DNA of 64,000 bases from Patescibacteria group bacterium (GCA_038063735.1 JBBTUN010000004.1:12111-76110), one strand, 5' to 3'. Positions 20,280-30,798 are shown, counted from the first letter of the stretch. Numbers and translations: made by a program. Notes: generated by a model from the sequence alone, not told the origin.

Positions 20280-21758
20280 ATGGAGCCTATAGATAATCTA
20301 AAGAAAATTCGCCTGGAAAAACTCGGTAAAATCCGCAGTCTCAAATTAAATCCGTTTCCCGCTAAATCAAATAAAAGAAACACAGTAGAGGAGTGTCAAA
20401 ACTCTACCGGAAAGGCCGTGCAAACTGCAGGTCGCCTTATGGCTCTACGTGGTCACGGCGGTTCATCTTTTGCCGATCTGGTAGACGAATCCGGCAAAAT
20501 CCAGCTTTTCTTCTCCAAAGACAAACTGTCAATCATTAACAATGAGCTATTAACTCTTCTCGACATCGGTGACTTTATAGAAGTTATCGGCAAGGTCGAT
20601 AAAACAAAAGCTGGCGAAACTACCATTTTTGTCGAGTCTTTTAATTTGCTGGCTAAATCCACCCGCCCCCTTCCATCAACTTGGTACGGATTAAAGGATG
20701 TTGAAGAAAGAAATAGAAAACGATATCTGGATTTAATAATGAATCAAGGTGTCAAAAATACTTTCGAGTTAAGGTCCAAAATAATTTATGCACTGCGCAA
20801 ATTTTTAATTGAGGTTAAGGGTTATATAGAAGTTGAAAACCCAGTCCTTCAATCCCTCTACGGTGGAACAAGAGCAAGGCCGTTTAAGACGCATCACAAT
20901 ACGCTAAATATGGACATGTATCTAAGAATCTCCAACGAGCTATACCTCAAAAGGTTAATAGCAGGGGGATTCGAAAAAGTTTTTGAAATGGGACATACAT
21001 TTAGAAACGAAGGCATGGATAAAAATCATAACCCGGAATTTACCATGCTGGAAACAATGGAGGCTTACGCAGATTACTTTAACAACATGAATCTAGTTGA
21101 GGAAATGTTTGAGTATGTAGCCAAAAGTGTTTTCGGAAAAACTAAACTCGCGTACCAGGGCTTCGAAATAGAATATAAAAGACCCTGGAAAAGGATAAAA
21201 CTTGCCGACCTCTTTAAACAGTACACCAATGTTGATTTCCACCAAATCGACTCACTGGAAAAAGCAACCAACCTGGCAAAAAAACTTGGCGTATTTATCC
21301 AGGATTATATGACCGACGGGGAAATTCTTCTGGAAATTTTTGAGAAAAAATGCACGACAGAGCTCATCCAACCAACATTTGTCTACGACTACCCTGCCGA
21401 TTTTTATCCTCTTGCCAAAAGAAAAGAAGACAACCCGCGTTTTGTAGAAAGCTTCGACATTTATGTGGGCGGGCTTGAAATGGGCACAAACTATAGCGAA
21501 CAAAACGACCCCCAAGAACTTAGACGCGCTTGGGAAGCGGAAAAAGAGAAAGCAAGAGCAGGTAATCCTGAAGCCCAAATTCTTGATGAGGATTTTCTGG
21601 AATCGCTAGAATATGGTATGCCTCCAACATCCGGTATTGGACCCGGCGTAGACAGGTGGATAATGGTAATGACAGATTCTGCAACAATTTCTGATGTAAT
21701 TCTCTTCCCCACGCTTCGCCCGAAAAAAGATAGTAGGAACAAAGATAAGAGTGATTAG
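20280..21758 (+). CDS. lysS: lysine--tRNA ligase (class II)
   Basis: RKRYLDL, ARPFKTHHN, FRNEGMDKNHNPEFT, YGMPPTSGIGPGVDR. Confidence 0.97.
   Translation: MEPIDNLKKIRLEKLGKIRSLKLNPFPAKSNKRNTVEECQNSTGKAVQTAGRLMALRGHGGSSFADLVDESGKIQLFFSKDKLSIINNELLTLLDIGDFIEVIGKVDKTKAGETTIFVESFNLLAKSTRPLPSTWYGLKDVEERNRKRYLDLIMNQGVKNTFELRSKIIYALRKFLIEVKGYIEVENPVLQSLYGGTRARPFKTHHNTLNMDMYLRISNELYLKRLIAGGFEKVFEMGHTFRNEGMDKNHNPEFTMLETMEAYADYFNNMNLVEEMFEYVAKSVFGKTKLAYQGFEIEYKRPWKRIKLADLFKQYTNVDFHQIDSLEKATNLAKKLGVFIQDYMTDGEILLEIFEKKCTTELIQPTFVYDYPADFYPLAKRKEDNPRFVESFDIYVGGLEMGTNYSEQNDPQELRRAWEAEKEKARAGNPEAQILDEDFLESLEYGMPPTSGIGPGVDRWIMVMTDSATISDVILFPTLRPKKDSRNKDKSD
20524..20558 (+). repeat. degenerate heptamer array inside lysS
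   Basis: AACTGTC AATCATT AACAATG AGCTATT AACTCTT. Confidence 0.55.
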
Positions 21759-22161
21759 TCAAAAAATTAGTACATACAAAGACCTAAAATTTTGGCAAAC
21801 TGCAAAAGAAGCAAGTTTATTAGTCGTAAGGCTAGTCAACAAATTTCCTTAATCAAAAGGTGTACTGGATAATTGCTGACCAATTATTGCGATCGAGCTT
21901 TTCTGTAGGAGCAAACATCGCCGAAGGTTTTGGGAAATACAAAGGAAAAGAATACCCTCGATTTATTCAGATTGCACTGGGATCAGCAAGAGAAACAGAG
22001 TATTGGTTAGAGCTTTTGGTAGATATTAATCCCAAATTAAAAAAAGAGGTTCAAAAAATTATAGATTTAAATACACAAACAGTAAAAATGTTAATATCAA
22101 CACTATATACATTAAAGAATAAGTAGGACTAATCACTAGTTCCTAGTAACTTGCTCCTATG
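21732..22161. repeat. inverted repeats flanking the four-helix-bundle gene
   Basis: AGTGATTAGTC (21750-21760) / GACTAATCACT (22127-22137) perfect 11-bp IR; right arm is a heptamer array GACTAAT CACTAGT TCCTAGT AACTTGC TCCTATG. Confidence 0.75.
21751..22126 (+). pseudogene. four-helix-bundle protein (23S rRNA IVP/bAvd-like) with +1 frameshift
   Basis: GTG 21751: ISTYKDLKFWQTAKE...KFP* then in the +1 frame NQKVYWIIADQLLRSSFSVGANIAEG...IALGSARETEYWL. Confidence 0.8.
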
Positions 22162-22761
22162 AATAAGCTTACACTTAAAAAAATCCTGAAATTATTTTTA
22201 ACTTTGCAATGGGCCAAAGAACTGCCTCGTCAGGGTTTTATTGCCATGGGATTTAAAAGGGCAGAAACAGATTCCGTTGCAGCCCACTCATGGACAACAG
22301 CAATACTGGCCTATTTACTCGCAATAGAATTGAAAAAAGAGGGTCAAAAAATAGATGTTGACAAAACTTTAAAAATGGCTCTGTTCCACGACATGGCAGA
22401 AACGATTGTCGGAGATGTAGGTACATTTGTAAAAGGTATGGCAAAAGGTGCCTTTGCTCCAATCGAAGAAGAGGGTTTAAAGTGGTTAGTCGCAAATATT
22501 CCCAATCGAGACGAGATAGTTGATCTTGTTAATGAATATATGCAGCGCAAAACCCTGGAAGCCCGTGTTTGTAAAGTCGCCGATAATCTCGATGCCCTCG
22601 CCCAAGCAAAAGGTGTTCCTGCAGCTCTGCCTGCGTTAAAATACTTTAAAGAGGTTTATCACATTACAAAATTCAGCTGGCACAAAGAGGCAGTTGAGAT
22701 GATCTTAAAAGACCAGGTCGAACCTGAAAGGTCATGGCAAACATCTCATAAAAAACCATGA
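22159..22761 (+). CDS. HD-domain hydrolase, YfbR/5'-deoxynucleotidase-like
   Basis: PRQG, DSVAAHSW, ALFHDMAETIVGD, KVADNLD. Confidence 0.85.
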   Translation: MNKLTLKKILKLFLTLQWAKELPRQGFIAMGFKRAETDSVAAHSWTTAILAYLLAIELKKEGQKIDVDKTLKMALFHDMAETIVGDVGTFVKGMAKGAFAPIEEEGLKWLVANIPNRDEIVDLVNEYMQRKTLEARVCKVADNLDALAQAKGVPAALPALKYFKEVYHITKFSWHKEAVEMILKDQVEPERSWQTSHKKP

Positions 22762-22788
22762 ACCATCAACAATTAACTATGAACCAAT
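22754..22788 (+). repeat. heptamer array upstream of serS
   Basis: AACCATG AACCATC AACAATT AACTATG AACCAAT. Confidence 0.75.
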
Positions 22789-22789
22789 T

Positions 22790-24010
22790 ATGCTAGACAT
22801 AAAATTCATTCGCGAAAATCCCCAGCTTGTTAAAGAAAAAAGCAAGCAAAAAGGCTACAAAGTTGACGTCGACAAGTTATTAGAAGTTGACAAAAACCGT
22901 CGTAAATTAATTGAAGAAGTCGACAAACTGCGCTCCGACCGCAAAAAAGCCGCAGAAGGCAGAAACCAGGCTCAAGGCCAGGCCTTGAAGGCTAAATTAA
23001 AGGACTTAGAAAACACGCTCGAAAAGCTACAGGAAGAATACTATAAATTAATTCGGACAATCCCAAACATGCCAAAAGATGATGTAAAAGTTGGAAAGGA
23101 TGAAAGTGAAAACGAAATCATAAAAAACATTGGAAAAATTCCCAAATTCGATTTCAAGCCCAAAGGTCATCTTGATTTGGCTCAAATGTCTGACCTTTTA
23201 GACGTAGAAAGGGCCTCCAAAGTATCGGGTGCACGTTTTAATTACATCAAAAACGAGTTGGCTCTTTTGGAGCTTGCTCTCATAAATTTCGCCTTCGATA
23301 TTCTAATAAAAGAAGACTTTATACCCATAATTCCTCCCGTAATAATTAACAAAAAAAGTGCCGAGGGGCTGGGATATCCCGAATACGAAACCGGCGAAGG
23401 ATACGAGGTTGACAACCAATACTTAGTTGGTACTGCCGAACATTCAATAGTACCGATGCATATGGACGAAACGTTTAAAAGTTCCGACCTTCCTAAAAGA
23501 TATGTTGGATTTTCGACTGCTTTTCGACGTGAGGCGGGTTCTTATGGCAAAGATACAAGAGGAATGTTTAGAGTTCATCAGTTCGACAAGGTTGAAATGG
23601 TCTCATTTGTTCTCCCTGAAGATGAGGACAAAGAGCTTGAGTATCTCTTATCCTTGGAAGAAAAATTTGTTCAGGAGTTGCAACTTCCCTATCAAGTTAT
23701 AAAACAATGTACGGGAGATTTAGGGTTTCCGACAGCAAGGAAGTACGATATCGAAGTATGGATTCCTTCTGAAGGAAGATATCGCGAAACTCATTCTGCA
23801 TCCCTGAACACAGATTTTCAATCAAGACGCCTAAATATCAAGCTTGAACATAAAGGGCGCAGGGAATACGTATCAATTCTTAATGCAACTGCAATTGCAA
23901 TGTCCAGAATGCCAATTGCCATTATGGAAAATTATCAGCAGAAAGACGGGTCGATACTCGTTCCTAAAATCCTTCAAAAGTACGTAGGCTTTAACAAAAT
24001 CCCCGCCTGA
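22790..24010 (+). CDS. serS: serine--tRNA ligase
   Basis: MLDIKFIREN, LVGTAEH, FRREAGSYGKDTRGMFRVHQFDKVE. Confidence 0.97.
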   Translation: MLDIKFIRENPQLVKEKSKQKGYKVDVDKLLEVDKNRRKLIEEVDKLRSDRKKAAEGRNQAQGQALKAKLKDLENTLEKLQEEYYKLIRTIPNMPKDDVKVGKDESENEIIKNIGKIPKFDFKPKGHLDLAQMSDLLDVERASKVSGARFNYIKNELALLELALINFAFDILIKEDFIPIIPPVIINKKSAEGLGYPEYETGEGYEVDNQYLVGTAEHSIVPMHMDETFKSSDLPKRYVGFSTAFRREAGSYGKDTRGMFRVHQFDKVEMVSFVLPEDEDKELEYLLSLEEKFVQELQLPYQVIKQCTGDLGFPTARKYDIEVWIPSEGRYRETHSASLNTDFQSRRLNIKLEHKGRREYVSILNATAIAMSRMPIAIMENYQQKDGSILVPKILQKYVGFNKIPA

Positions 24011-24187
24011 GGTAAAATATCCTACTATGAATTCCCTGCCCGAAACAAAAACCCTGCCCACAAGAAAGCGCAACAGAATACGAAAATTAGCGCCCAAAAA
24101 ACATCAAATTTCTCACGAATTTGGAAGATCAACAAAAACACTATGGAGGCAAATTATAACAAGAAGCGCGAAAGCTAAGGATTAAAA

Positions 24188-27031
24188 ATGTTAGGAATAT
24201 TTAATAAATTTTTGGACACAAACGAAAAACAGGTTAATAAACTTCAACCTTTAGTGGATGATATTAATGCCCTTGAAAAAAAGTTTGAAAAGTTAACAGA
24301 CGCACAGTTAAAAGCCAAAACCGCCGAGTTTAAATTAAGACACGAGAGAGGTGAAACCCTCGACGATTTACTACCGGAAGCCTTCGCAGCAGTCCGTGAA
24401 GCTGGTATAAGGACACTAAATCAAAGGCATTACGATGTTCAGCTAACCGGTGGCATAGTGCTTCATCAGGGGAAGATCGCCGAGCAAAAAACCGGTGAAG
24501 GAAAAACCTTAACCGCGTCTCTCCCTCTCTATCTCAACTCACTCGGTGGCAAAGGTGTCCACCTGGCAACAGTCAACGATTATCTTGCCCGTGTTGGTCT
24601 TGGATGGATGGGGCCAATTTATACAGCTCTCGGTGTAACGGCAGGCTGTATTATGCAAGAAAAAGCATTTTTATATGATCCGCTCTACGAAGATAAAACC
24701 CAAACAGACTGGAGACTCAGACATCTTAAACCGGTCGAAAAGAAAGAAGCATACGCGGCGGACATAACTTACGGAACGAACAACGAGTATGGTTTTGACT
24801 ATCTCAGGGATAATATGGTTTGGGATCTTAAAGACGCTTCCCAAAGAGGACATTTTTATGCAATCGTCGATGAAGCCGACTCAATTTTAATAGATGAAGC
24901 AAGAACTCCATTAATAATATCCGCTCCCTCCGGTGAGGCGACAGATAAATATTATCAATTCTCAAAACTGGTTCAAGAACTCTCTGCCGCGACTGATTAT
25001 GTAATAGACGAAAAATTAAAAACAGCTAATTTAACAGAACACGGGATTTCAAAAGTTGAAAAAAGGCTCGGGGTTGTCAATTTATACGAAAAAGATTTTG
25101 GAACAATTCACCACATACAACAGGCGCTTAAAGCTAAAACTCTCTATCACAAAAACAAAGATTACATTGTAAAAGAGGGCGAGATTATTATTGTTGACGA
25201 ATTTACAGGTCGCCTAATGCAGGGCCGAAGATGGTCGGAAGGTTTGCATCAGGCAATTGAAGCTAAAGAAGGCGTTGCCATTCAGAAGGAGTCACAAACC
25301 ATGGCAACCATTTCCTTCCAAAACTATTTTAGACTTTACGAAAAATTAGCAGGCATGACAGGAACGGCAGCGACAGAAGCCGAGGAATTCTTCAAAATTT
25401 ATAAACTTGATGTAGTTACAATTCCGACCAACAAACCAACGATAAGAAAAGATAGCTCTGACGTTGTATACAAAACTACAAAAGCCAAATTCACCGCAGT
25501 AGCAAACGACGTTGCCCAAAAAAACCAGAAAGGTCAACCGGTGTTAATTGGTACAACATCAATAGAAAAAAATGAATTCCTATCCACCCTTCTTAAGAAA
25601 AAAGGTATACCGCACCTAACCCTGAACGCTAAAAACCACCAAAAAGAAGCAGAAATTATTGCCGCTGCTGGTATTAAAGGAAAAGTTACTTTAGCAACAA
25701 ATATTGCTGGTCGTGGTGTAGACATAATACTCGGTGGCGACCCTCCTACCGACAAACTTGGAAGACCGGTAACAAAAGGAAAAGAATATGACGCCTGGAA
25801 GAAAAAACACGAAGAAGTCATAAGACTCGGTGGTTTGCACGTTGTCGGAACCGAAAGGCATGAAGCAAGAAGAATAGATAACCAGTTGCGAGGTAGGGCG
25901 GGACGACAAGGAGACCCAGGTTCGAGCAGATTCTATGTCTCACTAGAAGACGAAATTATGCGTTTGTTTGGTGGAGACCAAATAGCAAAAATTATGACTG
26001 CCTTTAAACTTCCCGAGGACACCCCTATCGAACACGGCATGGTAAGTAAAGCTATAGAAAATGCTCAAGTAAAAGTAGAAACACATAACTTCGATATCAG
26101 AAAACATCTTGTTGAATATGACGATGTTGCTAACCGCCAAAGAGAAATCATCTACGGAATGAGAAAAAATACCCTACTCGCAACAGAAGACGAAGAAAAA
26201 GGTGACAAGTTGAAAGATGATATTAAATTTAAAGTTGAACAGGAAATCAATAACATGGTCCTTGCTAATTTCCCCGAAAACTCTCATGCCAATTACGACC
26301 AGATAATTAAGGAACTAACAACAATAGTGCCTTTTGATGAAAACTCCGCAAAAAACATTCTAACAGACGCAAAAAAAACGACAAATCCCGAAAACCTAAC
26401 AAAATTCTTGGTCGAAGTTGCAAACAACGTATATGAGCAAAAAGAAAAATCATTAGGAGTAAAATCATCAAGAGATATAGAAAAATTTACATCTCTTTCT
26501 GTAATCGATACTTTGTGGATTCAGCACCTGGACACACTTGACGACTTAAGAGAGGGCATAGGCTTAAGAGCTGCCGGTCAAAGAGATCCACTAGTCGAAT
26601 ACAAGCAAGAGGCATTCTCCCTGTTTGAAAAGCTCGTAGCAACGATAGATTATGAGATTGTCCACAGAATATTTAAGGTTCAAATTAATCAAGAGCCGGC
26701 GGTGGAAAGTATTGAGAAGCAAGGCGTAGAGGTTCACGCGCAACCAACACTTACGGACGCAGAAACCGTTTCTGAACCTCAAACGACTCCACAAATTGTT
26801 GAAAAAGATCCCAATGAAATGTCCGACGAAGAGTTGGAGCAAGAAATTGCGAGATTGGAAGCACTTAAAAAGTCTGGAGCAAGTGACCAAATGCCTAATA
26901 ATCCATTCTCCACAACTACAAATAAACCATTAAGGGTCGAAAAGATAGGCAGAAATGACCCATGCCCTTGTGGCTCTGGCCTCAAATGGAAGAAATGCGG
27001 CCTCATTAATGCTCCTGGGCATAAATCTTAA
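24188..27031 (+). CDS. secA: preprotein translocase ATPase SecA
   Basis: KTGEGKTL, DEADSILIDEARTPLIIS, QLRGRAGRQGDPG; SEC-C GRNDPCPCGSG. Confidence 0.97.
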   Translation: MLGIFNKFLDTNEKQVNKLQPLVDDINALEKKFEKLTDAQLKAKTAEFKLRHERGETLDDLLPEAFAAVREAGIRTLNQRHYDVQLTGGIVLHQGKIAEQKTGEGKTLTASLPLYLNSLGGKGVHLATVNDYLARVGLGWMGPIYTALGVTAGCIMQEKAFLYDPLYEDKTQTDWRLRHLKPVEKKEAYAADITYGTNNEYGFDYLRDNMVWDLKDASQRGHFYAIVDEADSILIDEARTPLIISAPSGEATDKYYQFSKLVQELSAATDYVIDEKLKTANLTEHGISKVEKRLGVVNLYEKDFGTIHHIQQALKAKTLYHKNKDYIVKEGEIIIVDEFTGRLMQGRRWSEGLHQAIEAKEGVAIQKESQTMATISFQNYFRLYEKLAGMTGTAATEAEEFFKIYKLDVVTIPTNKPTIRKDSSDVVYKTTKAKFTAVANDVAQKNQKGQPVLIGTTSIEKNEFLSTLLKKKGIPHLTLNAKNHQKEAEIIAAAGIKGKVTLATNIAGRGVDIILGGDPPTDKLGRPVTKGKEYDAWKKKHEEVIRLGGLHVVGTERHEARRIDNQLRGRAGRQGDPGSSRFYVSLEDEIMRLFGGDQIAKIMTAFKLPEDTPIEHGMVSKAIENAQVKVETHNFDIRKHLVEYDDVANRQREIIYGMRKNTLLATEDEEKGDKLKDDIKFKVEQEINNMVLANFPENSHANYDQIIKELTTIVPFDENSAKNILTDAKKTTNPENLTKFLVEVANNVYEQKEKSLGVKSSRDIEKFTSLSVIDTLWIQHLDTLDDLREGIGLRAAGQRDPLVEYKQEAFSLFEKLVATIDYEIVHRIFKVQINQEPAVESIEKQGVEVHAQPTLTDAETVSEPQTTPQIVEKDPNEMSDEELEQEIARLEALKKSGASDQMPNNPFSTTTNKPLRVEKIGRNDPCPCGSGLKWKKCGLINAPGHKS

Positions 27032-27049
27032 TTGTAATTTTGATAGAAT

Positions 27050-28582
27050 TTGTTAATGAAAGAAAGGTTGATACTCTTTTCCCTTATTGTAGCGGCCTTT
27101 TTCCTTAGGGTATTTCTTATACAGAAGTATTCCTTTGTATTTGCCTACGACATGGGTCGTGACCTACTTTGGTCAAAGGATATTGCCTTTTACCACATAC
27201 CAACTCTTATCGGCCCGGCCGCTAGTATTTGGGGAATATACTTCGGCCCGGCCTGGTACTACTTTTTATCAATACCCCTCCTTTTATCGCGCGGAAATCC
27301 GGTGTCCGCTGTATATACAACCGCACTCGTGCAGGTATTAACGCCGCTCGTAGCTTACTTATTATTTAGAAATATCTTAAATAAAAAGTTTTTAATTATC
27401 TTTACTATTCTTCTACTGTTTAACGCCACATCTATAAGCATTTCAACATTTGCCTTCCACGCAAATATGCTGCCTTTACTAACTCTTCTTGTGACGTATT
27501 TTTGTTATCAGGCTATTGTTAAAAACCCGCTCTATATAGCGCTTACTTTTTTTACAACAAGTTTAATGTTTCATGCGGACCCGGCTCCTGCAGTTGCATT
27601 TACTTTCGTACCATTATTTTTCTTTTTTCGATATCGCCTTTACAAGACTAAGCCGATAGGCACAATCACACTTTCGGTTATTTTTTATCTACTGCCTTTC
27701 ACACCACAAATAATTTTTGAATTAAGAAATAATTTTGTTGAAGTGCGATCGTTAGTCTCATATTTTTCCGGAAACAATCCTTCTTTATCCGGACAACTTC
27801 CTTTAGTACCCAGAATAATCAATAGAATTATTATTTTTTACAACTTTTTTAAATTTTCTTTTTCACCGCAGAGTAACCCGATTGCCCTGTTTCTTCTAGG
27901 CGCAACTTTCTACGGTACTATCAATTTTTTAAAAAATGCCAAAGATAAAACAGCTAAATTAGTTCTTGCAATTAATATTTACAGTCTAATCATCATTTTT
28001 TGTGTTTACACAATTTTTGTAACTGTTGAGGTAAAAGTATGGTATCTCTATGGGTTAACAACTACATTAACTTTTCTGTTAGCATTTACGCTCTACTCAG
28101 TTCATAAATATAAAATATTACAAATATTTATCATTTCCGCTATTACTTTTTTGTGTACGTACAATTTTCTTAGCGCTAAAGTTAGTGTGTCTAAAAAAGA
28201 CCCGGGACTTTTTTCCAATCAACAAGAAGCAATAGACAAAATTTACGAAGACGCCGGTCGGAATACTTTTTCTGTATATGTGTTCACCCCGACAATTTAT
28301 GATTACAGCTACCAATATCTATTTTGGTGGCAAGCAGTCAAACTAAATAAAGGCCTGCCGCAAGAATTTTCTTATCTGCCGCGAGTGCCAAGCTATGTCA
28401 GAAATAAGCAGGTTTATGAAACTCGACCCGCCAGCGAGTCAAAAATCACCTATTTAATAATGGAAAACAGTCAAGAAAATGAGTTCTACAAAAAATCTGA
28501 TTGGACTCAAAATTTTAACGATAAAAAAGCTATTTGGACAAAAAATATAAATGATGCAATTACAATTAAAAAGTTAGAATAA
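27050..28582 (+). CDS. GT-C (ArnT/PMT-like) membrane glycosyltransferase
   Basis: FAYDMGRD, LIGP...GIYFGPAWYY, PQIIFELRNNF; multi-TM. Confidence 0.75.
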   Translation: MLMKERLILFSLIVAAFFLRVFLIQKYSFVFAYDMGRDLLWSKDIAFYHIPTLIGPAASIWGIYFGPAWYYFLSIPLLLSRGNPVSAVYTTALVQVLTPLVAYLLFRNILNKKFLIIFTILLLFNATSISISTFAFHANMLPLLTLLVTYFCYQAIVKNPLYIALTFFTTSLMFHADPAPAVAFTFVPLFFFFRYRLYKTKPIGTITLSVIFYLLPFTPQIIFELRNNFVEVRSLVSYFSGNNPSLSGQLPLVPRIINRIIIFYNFFKFSFSPQSNPIALFLLGATFYGTINFLKNAKDKTAKLVLAINIYSLIIIFCVYTIFVTVEVKVWYLYGLTTTLTFLLAFTLYSVHKYKILQIFIISAITFLCTYNFLSAKVSVSKKDPGLFSNQQEAIDKIYEDAGRNTFSVYVFTPTIYDYSYQYLFWWQAVKLNKGLPQEFSYLPRVPSYVRNKQVYETRPASESKITYLIMENSQENEFYKKSDWTQNFNDKKAIWTKNINDAITIKKLE

Positions 28583-29265
28583 TGAAAGTTTCTGTAATTA
28601 TTCCCAGTTTTAACGAGGCTCAAACCCTACCGATAATTCTTAAAAAATTAACAAATTTAAAAATGAGTCACACACTTGAAATAATTGTAGTCGATGATGG
28701 CTCTACCGATAACACACATCAAATAATAAAAAAACTTTTAAAAAATCGGAAAATACTGCTTATTACTAATAAAATCAATATTGGCAAAGGCGATGCCATA
28801 AAAAAAGCGCTTAAAAAAGCATCCGGAGAAGTAACCCTAATACAGGATGCGGACCTCGAGTATGATCCTGGCGAGATTCCAAAACTAATTGCGCCTTTTG
28901 CCAACAAAAAGACCTTAGTTGTGTACGGTTCCAGAATCTTAAAGAAAAATCCTGTTTCGCATTGGACTTTTGACTTAGGAGGTAAACTTTTAACTTTTAT
29001 TACTAATTTGCTCTACCAAACAAATATTACTGATGAAGCAACTGGATATAAAGCATTCAGAACAGACGTAATAAGAGCGATTAGCCTGAATGCGAAGGGT
29101 TTTGAATTTTGTCCCGAAGTGACAGCCAAAATTGCTAAAAAGAAAATTAAAATACAAGAAGTTTCAATCGGTTACAATCCCCGTCCGCCAAAAGACAAAA
29201 AAATAAAATGGCACGACGGATTGGCTGCCATATATTATTTGATTAAATACCGCTTTGTAAATTAA
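28582..29265 (+). CDS. GT2 glycosyltransferase (DPM1-like)
   Basis: VIIPSFNE, VDDGSTD, QDADLEYDP. Confidence 0.9.
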   Translation: MKVSVIIPSFNEAQTLPIILKKLTNLKMSHTLEIIVVDDGSTDNTHQIIKKLLKNRKILLITNKINIGKGDAIKKALKKASGEVTLIQDADLEYDPGEIPKLIAPFANKKTLVVYGSRILKKNPVSHWTFDLGGKLLTFITNLLYQTNITDEATGYKAFRTDVIRAISLNAKGFEFCPEVTAKIAKKKIKIQEVSIGYNPRPPKDKKIKWHDGLAAIYYLIKYRFVN

Positions 29266-29304
29266 TTGACTTTTAGTGTCAAAAATAAAATACTTAAGGG
29301 TGAT

Positions 29305-29940
29305 ATGAAGAAATTCGCTGTAGCTCTTTTTTTAATTATTTTAATACTCGCACTCTTTTTGCAAAGAAAATACCTATATCAATTTCTAGCGGCGAAAGAC
29401 TTTATCCAAAACGATATTGCTACCGAAGAGTACGTTAAATCAATAACTTCCCAAAACGGAAATTATGCATCAAGCTCAACGGCTATTTTTTTAAATAAAA
29501 AATTTGCACCTCCCGCAGACGAAACCTTAGCACAAAACACGACTGTTTTAGGTAATTCAACCCCTTCTGACGATAGCAGGTGGATAGAGGTTGATATATC
29601 CGAACAGCAATTATATATGATGGAAAACGGCAGAATAATAAAAAATTTTTCGGTTTCTACTGGAAAATGGTACCCAACGCCCCCTGGCCAGTGGCGAATT
29701 TGGACAAAGTTACGCTTTACCAGAATGAAAGGTGGATCAAAGGCTCTTGGTACATACTATGATTTACCAAACGTCCCTTACACTATGTATTACAATCAGG
29801 GCTATGGAATACATGGGGCATACTGGCATAACAACTTCGGCCATCCAATGAGTCATGGTTGTGTAAATATGAGACCTGACGAAGCTGGAATCGTATTTAA
29901 CTGGGCAAGCATTGGAACAAGGGTAATAGTGCGCTCATAG
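29305..29940 (+). CDS. L,D-transpeptidase (YkuD family)
   Basis: WIEVDISEQ, VSTG, GIHGAYWH...SHGCVNM; ATG 29305 follows AAGGGTGA. Confidence 0.9.
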   Translation: MKKFAVALFLIILILALFLQRKYLYQFLAAKDFIQNDIATEEYVKSITSQNGNYASSSTAIFLNKKFAPPADETLAQNTTVLGNSTPSDDSRWIEVDISEQQLYMMENGRIIKNFSVSTGKWYPTPPGQWRIWTKLRFTRMKGGSKALGTYYDLPNVPYTMYYNQGYGIHGAYWHNNFGHPMSHGCVNMRPDEAGIVFNWASIGTRVIVRS

Positions 29941-29990
29941 CTTCACGAATATCCCAAGAAATTTAAAAATACCCAAGCTATAATTAGTAG

Positions 29991-30770
29991 ATGAATTATT
30001 TGCTAGCGATAATAGCCGGTGCAATTCAGGGCCTAACGGAATTCTTACCAATCTCCTCAACCGCACATCTTATAATTTTTCAAAAGCTTTTTAACCTTCC
30101 CGAAAACCAATTTGGACTCGCCTTCGACGCATCATTGCATCTTGGAACGCTACTGGCGATCTTAATTTTTTTCTTTAAAGATTACCTTTCCGTTTTTAAC
30201 ATTAAAAACAAACTCATCTTAAAGTTAATAATAGGAACAATCCCGGCCGCTATTTTAGGCATACTGCTCGAAAAGCGTATAGAAAGTGATTTCAGGAGCA
30301 TCCAGTTAATTGGTATAACACTCATCGTCTTCAGCTTTGTCATGATAATTGCAGAAAAATTTGCGAGGAGTAACGTAAAGAATAATCAAGTATCAAATTT
30401 TAAATCGCTAGTAATAGGTGTGTCTCAATCCTTGGCACTGGTCCCCGGCGTTTCAAGGTCTGGGGCCACTATATCGGCTGGCTTATTTTTAGGTTTAACA
30501 AGAGAAAAGGCAGCCCGCTTTGCTTTTATGCTTTCTGGTCCAATAATAGCGGGAGCAGGGGCCAAAAAATTTTTGGAAACCCTAACAAGCAAACCATCTG
30601 GATCTGATCTAGCATTATTTACGCTTGGAATTATTTCTTCTTTTGTCTTTGGATATCTAACTATTAAATACTTCTTAAGATTTCTAGCAACTAACAATCT
30701 GTCACCATTTATTATTTATAGAATACTTTTAGGTTTTGCTCTCCTGCTTATTCCATTATTGGTTAAATAA
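29991..30770 (+). CDS. uppP: undecaprenyl-diphosphatase
   Basis: QGLTEFLPISSTAH, PGVSRSGAT. Confidence 0.95.
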   Translation: MNYLLAIIAGAIQGLTEFLPISSTAHLIIFQKLFNLPENQFGLAFDASLHLGTLLAILIFFFKDYLSVFNIKNKLILKLIIGTIPAAILGILLEKRIESDFRSIQLIGITLIVFSFVMIIAEKFARSNVKNNQVSNFKSLVIGVSQSLALVPGVSRSGATISAGLFLGLTREKAARFAFMLSGPIIAGAGAKKFLETLTSKPSGSDLALFTLGIISSFVFGYLTIKYFLRFLATNNLSPFIIYRILLGFALLLIPLLVK

Positions 30771-30798
30771 AAACCTAGTTATATAATTCACAAAAGCC

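Noticed and set aside
21751-22126. Diversity-generating retroelement suggested by the Avd-like four-helix bundle
   Set aside because: No reverse transcriptase and no TR/VR pair visible in the window
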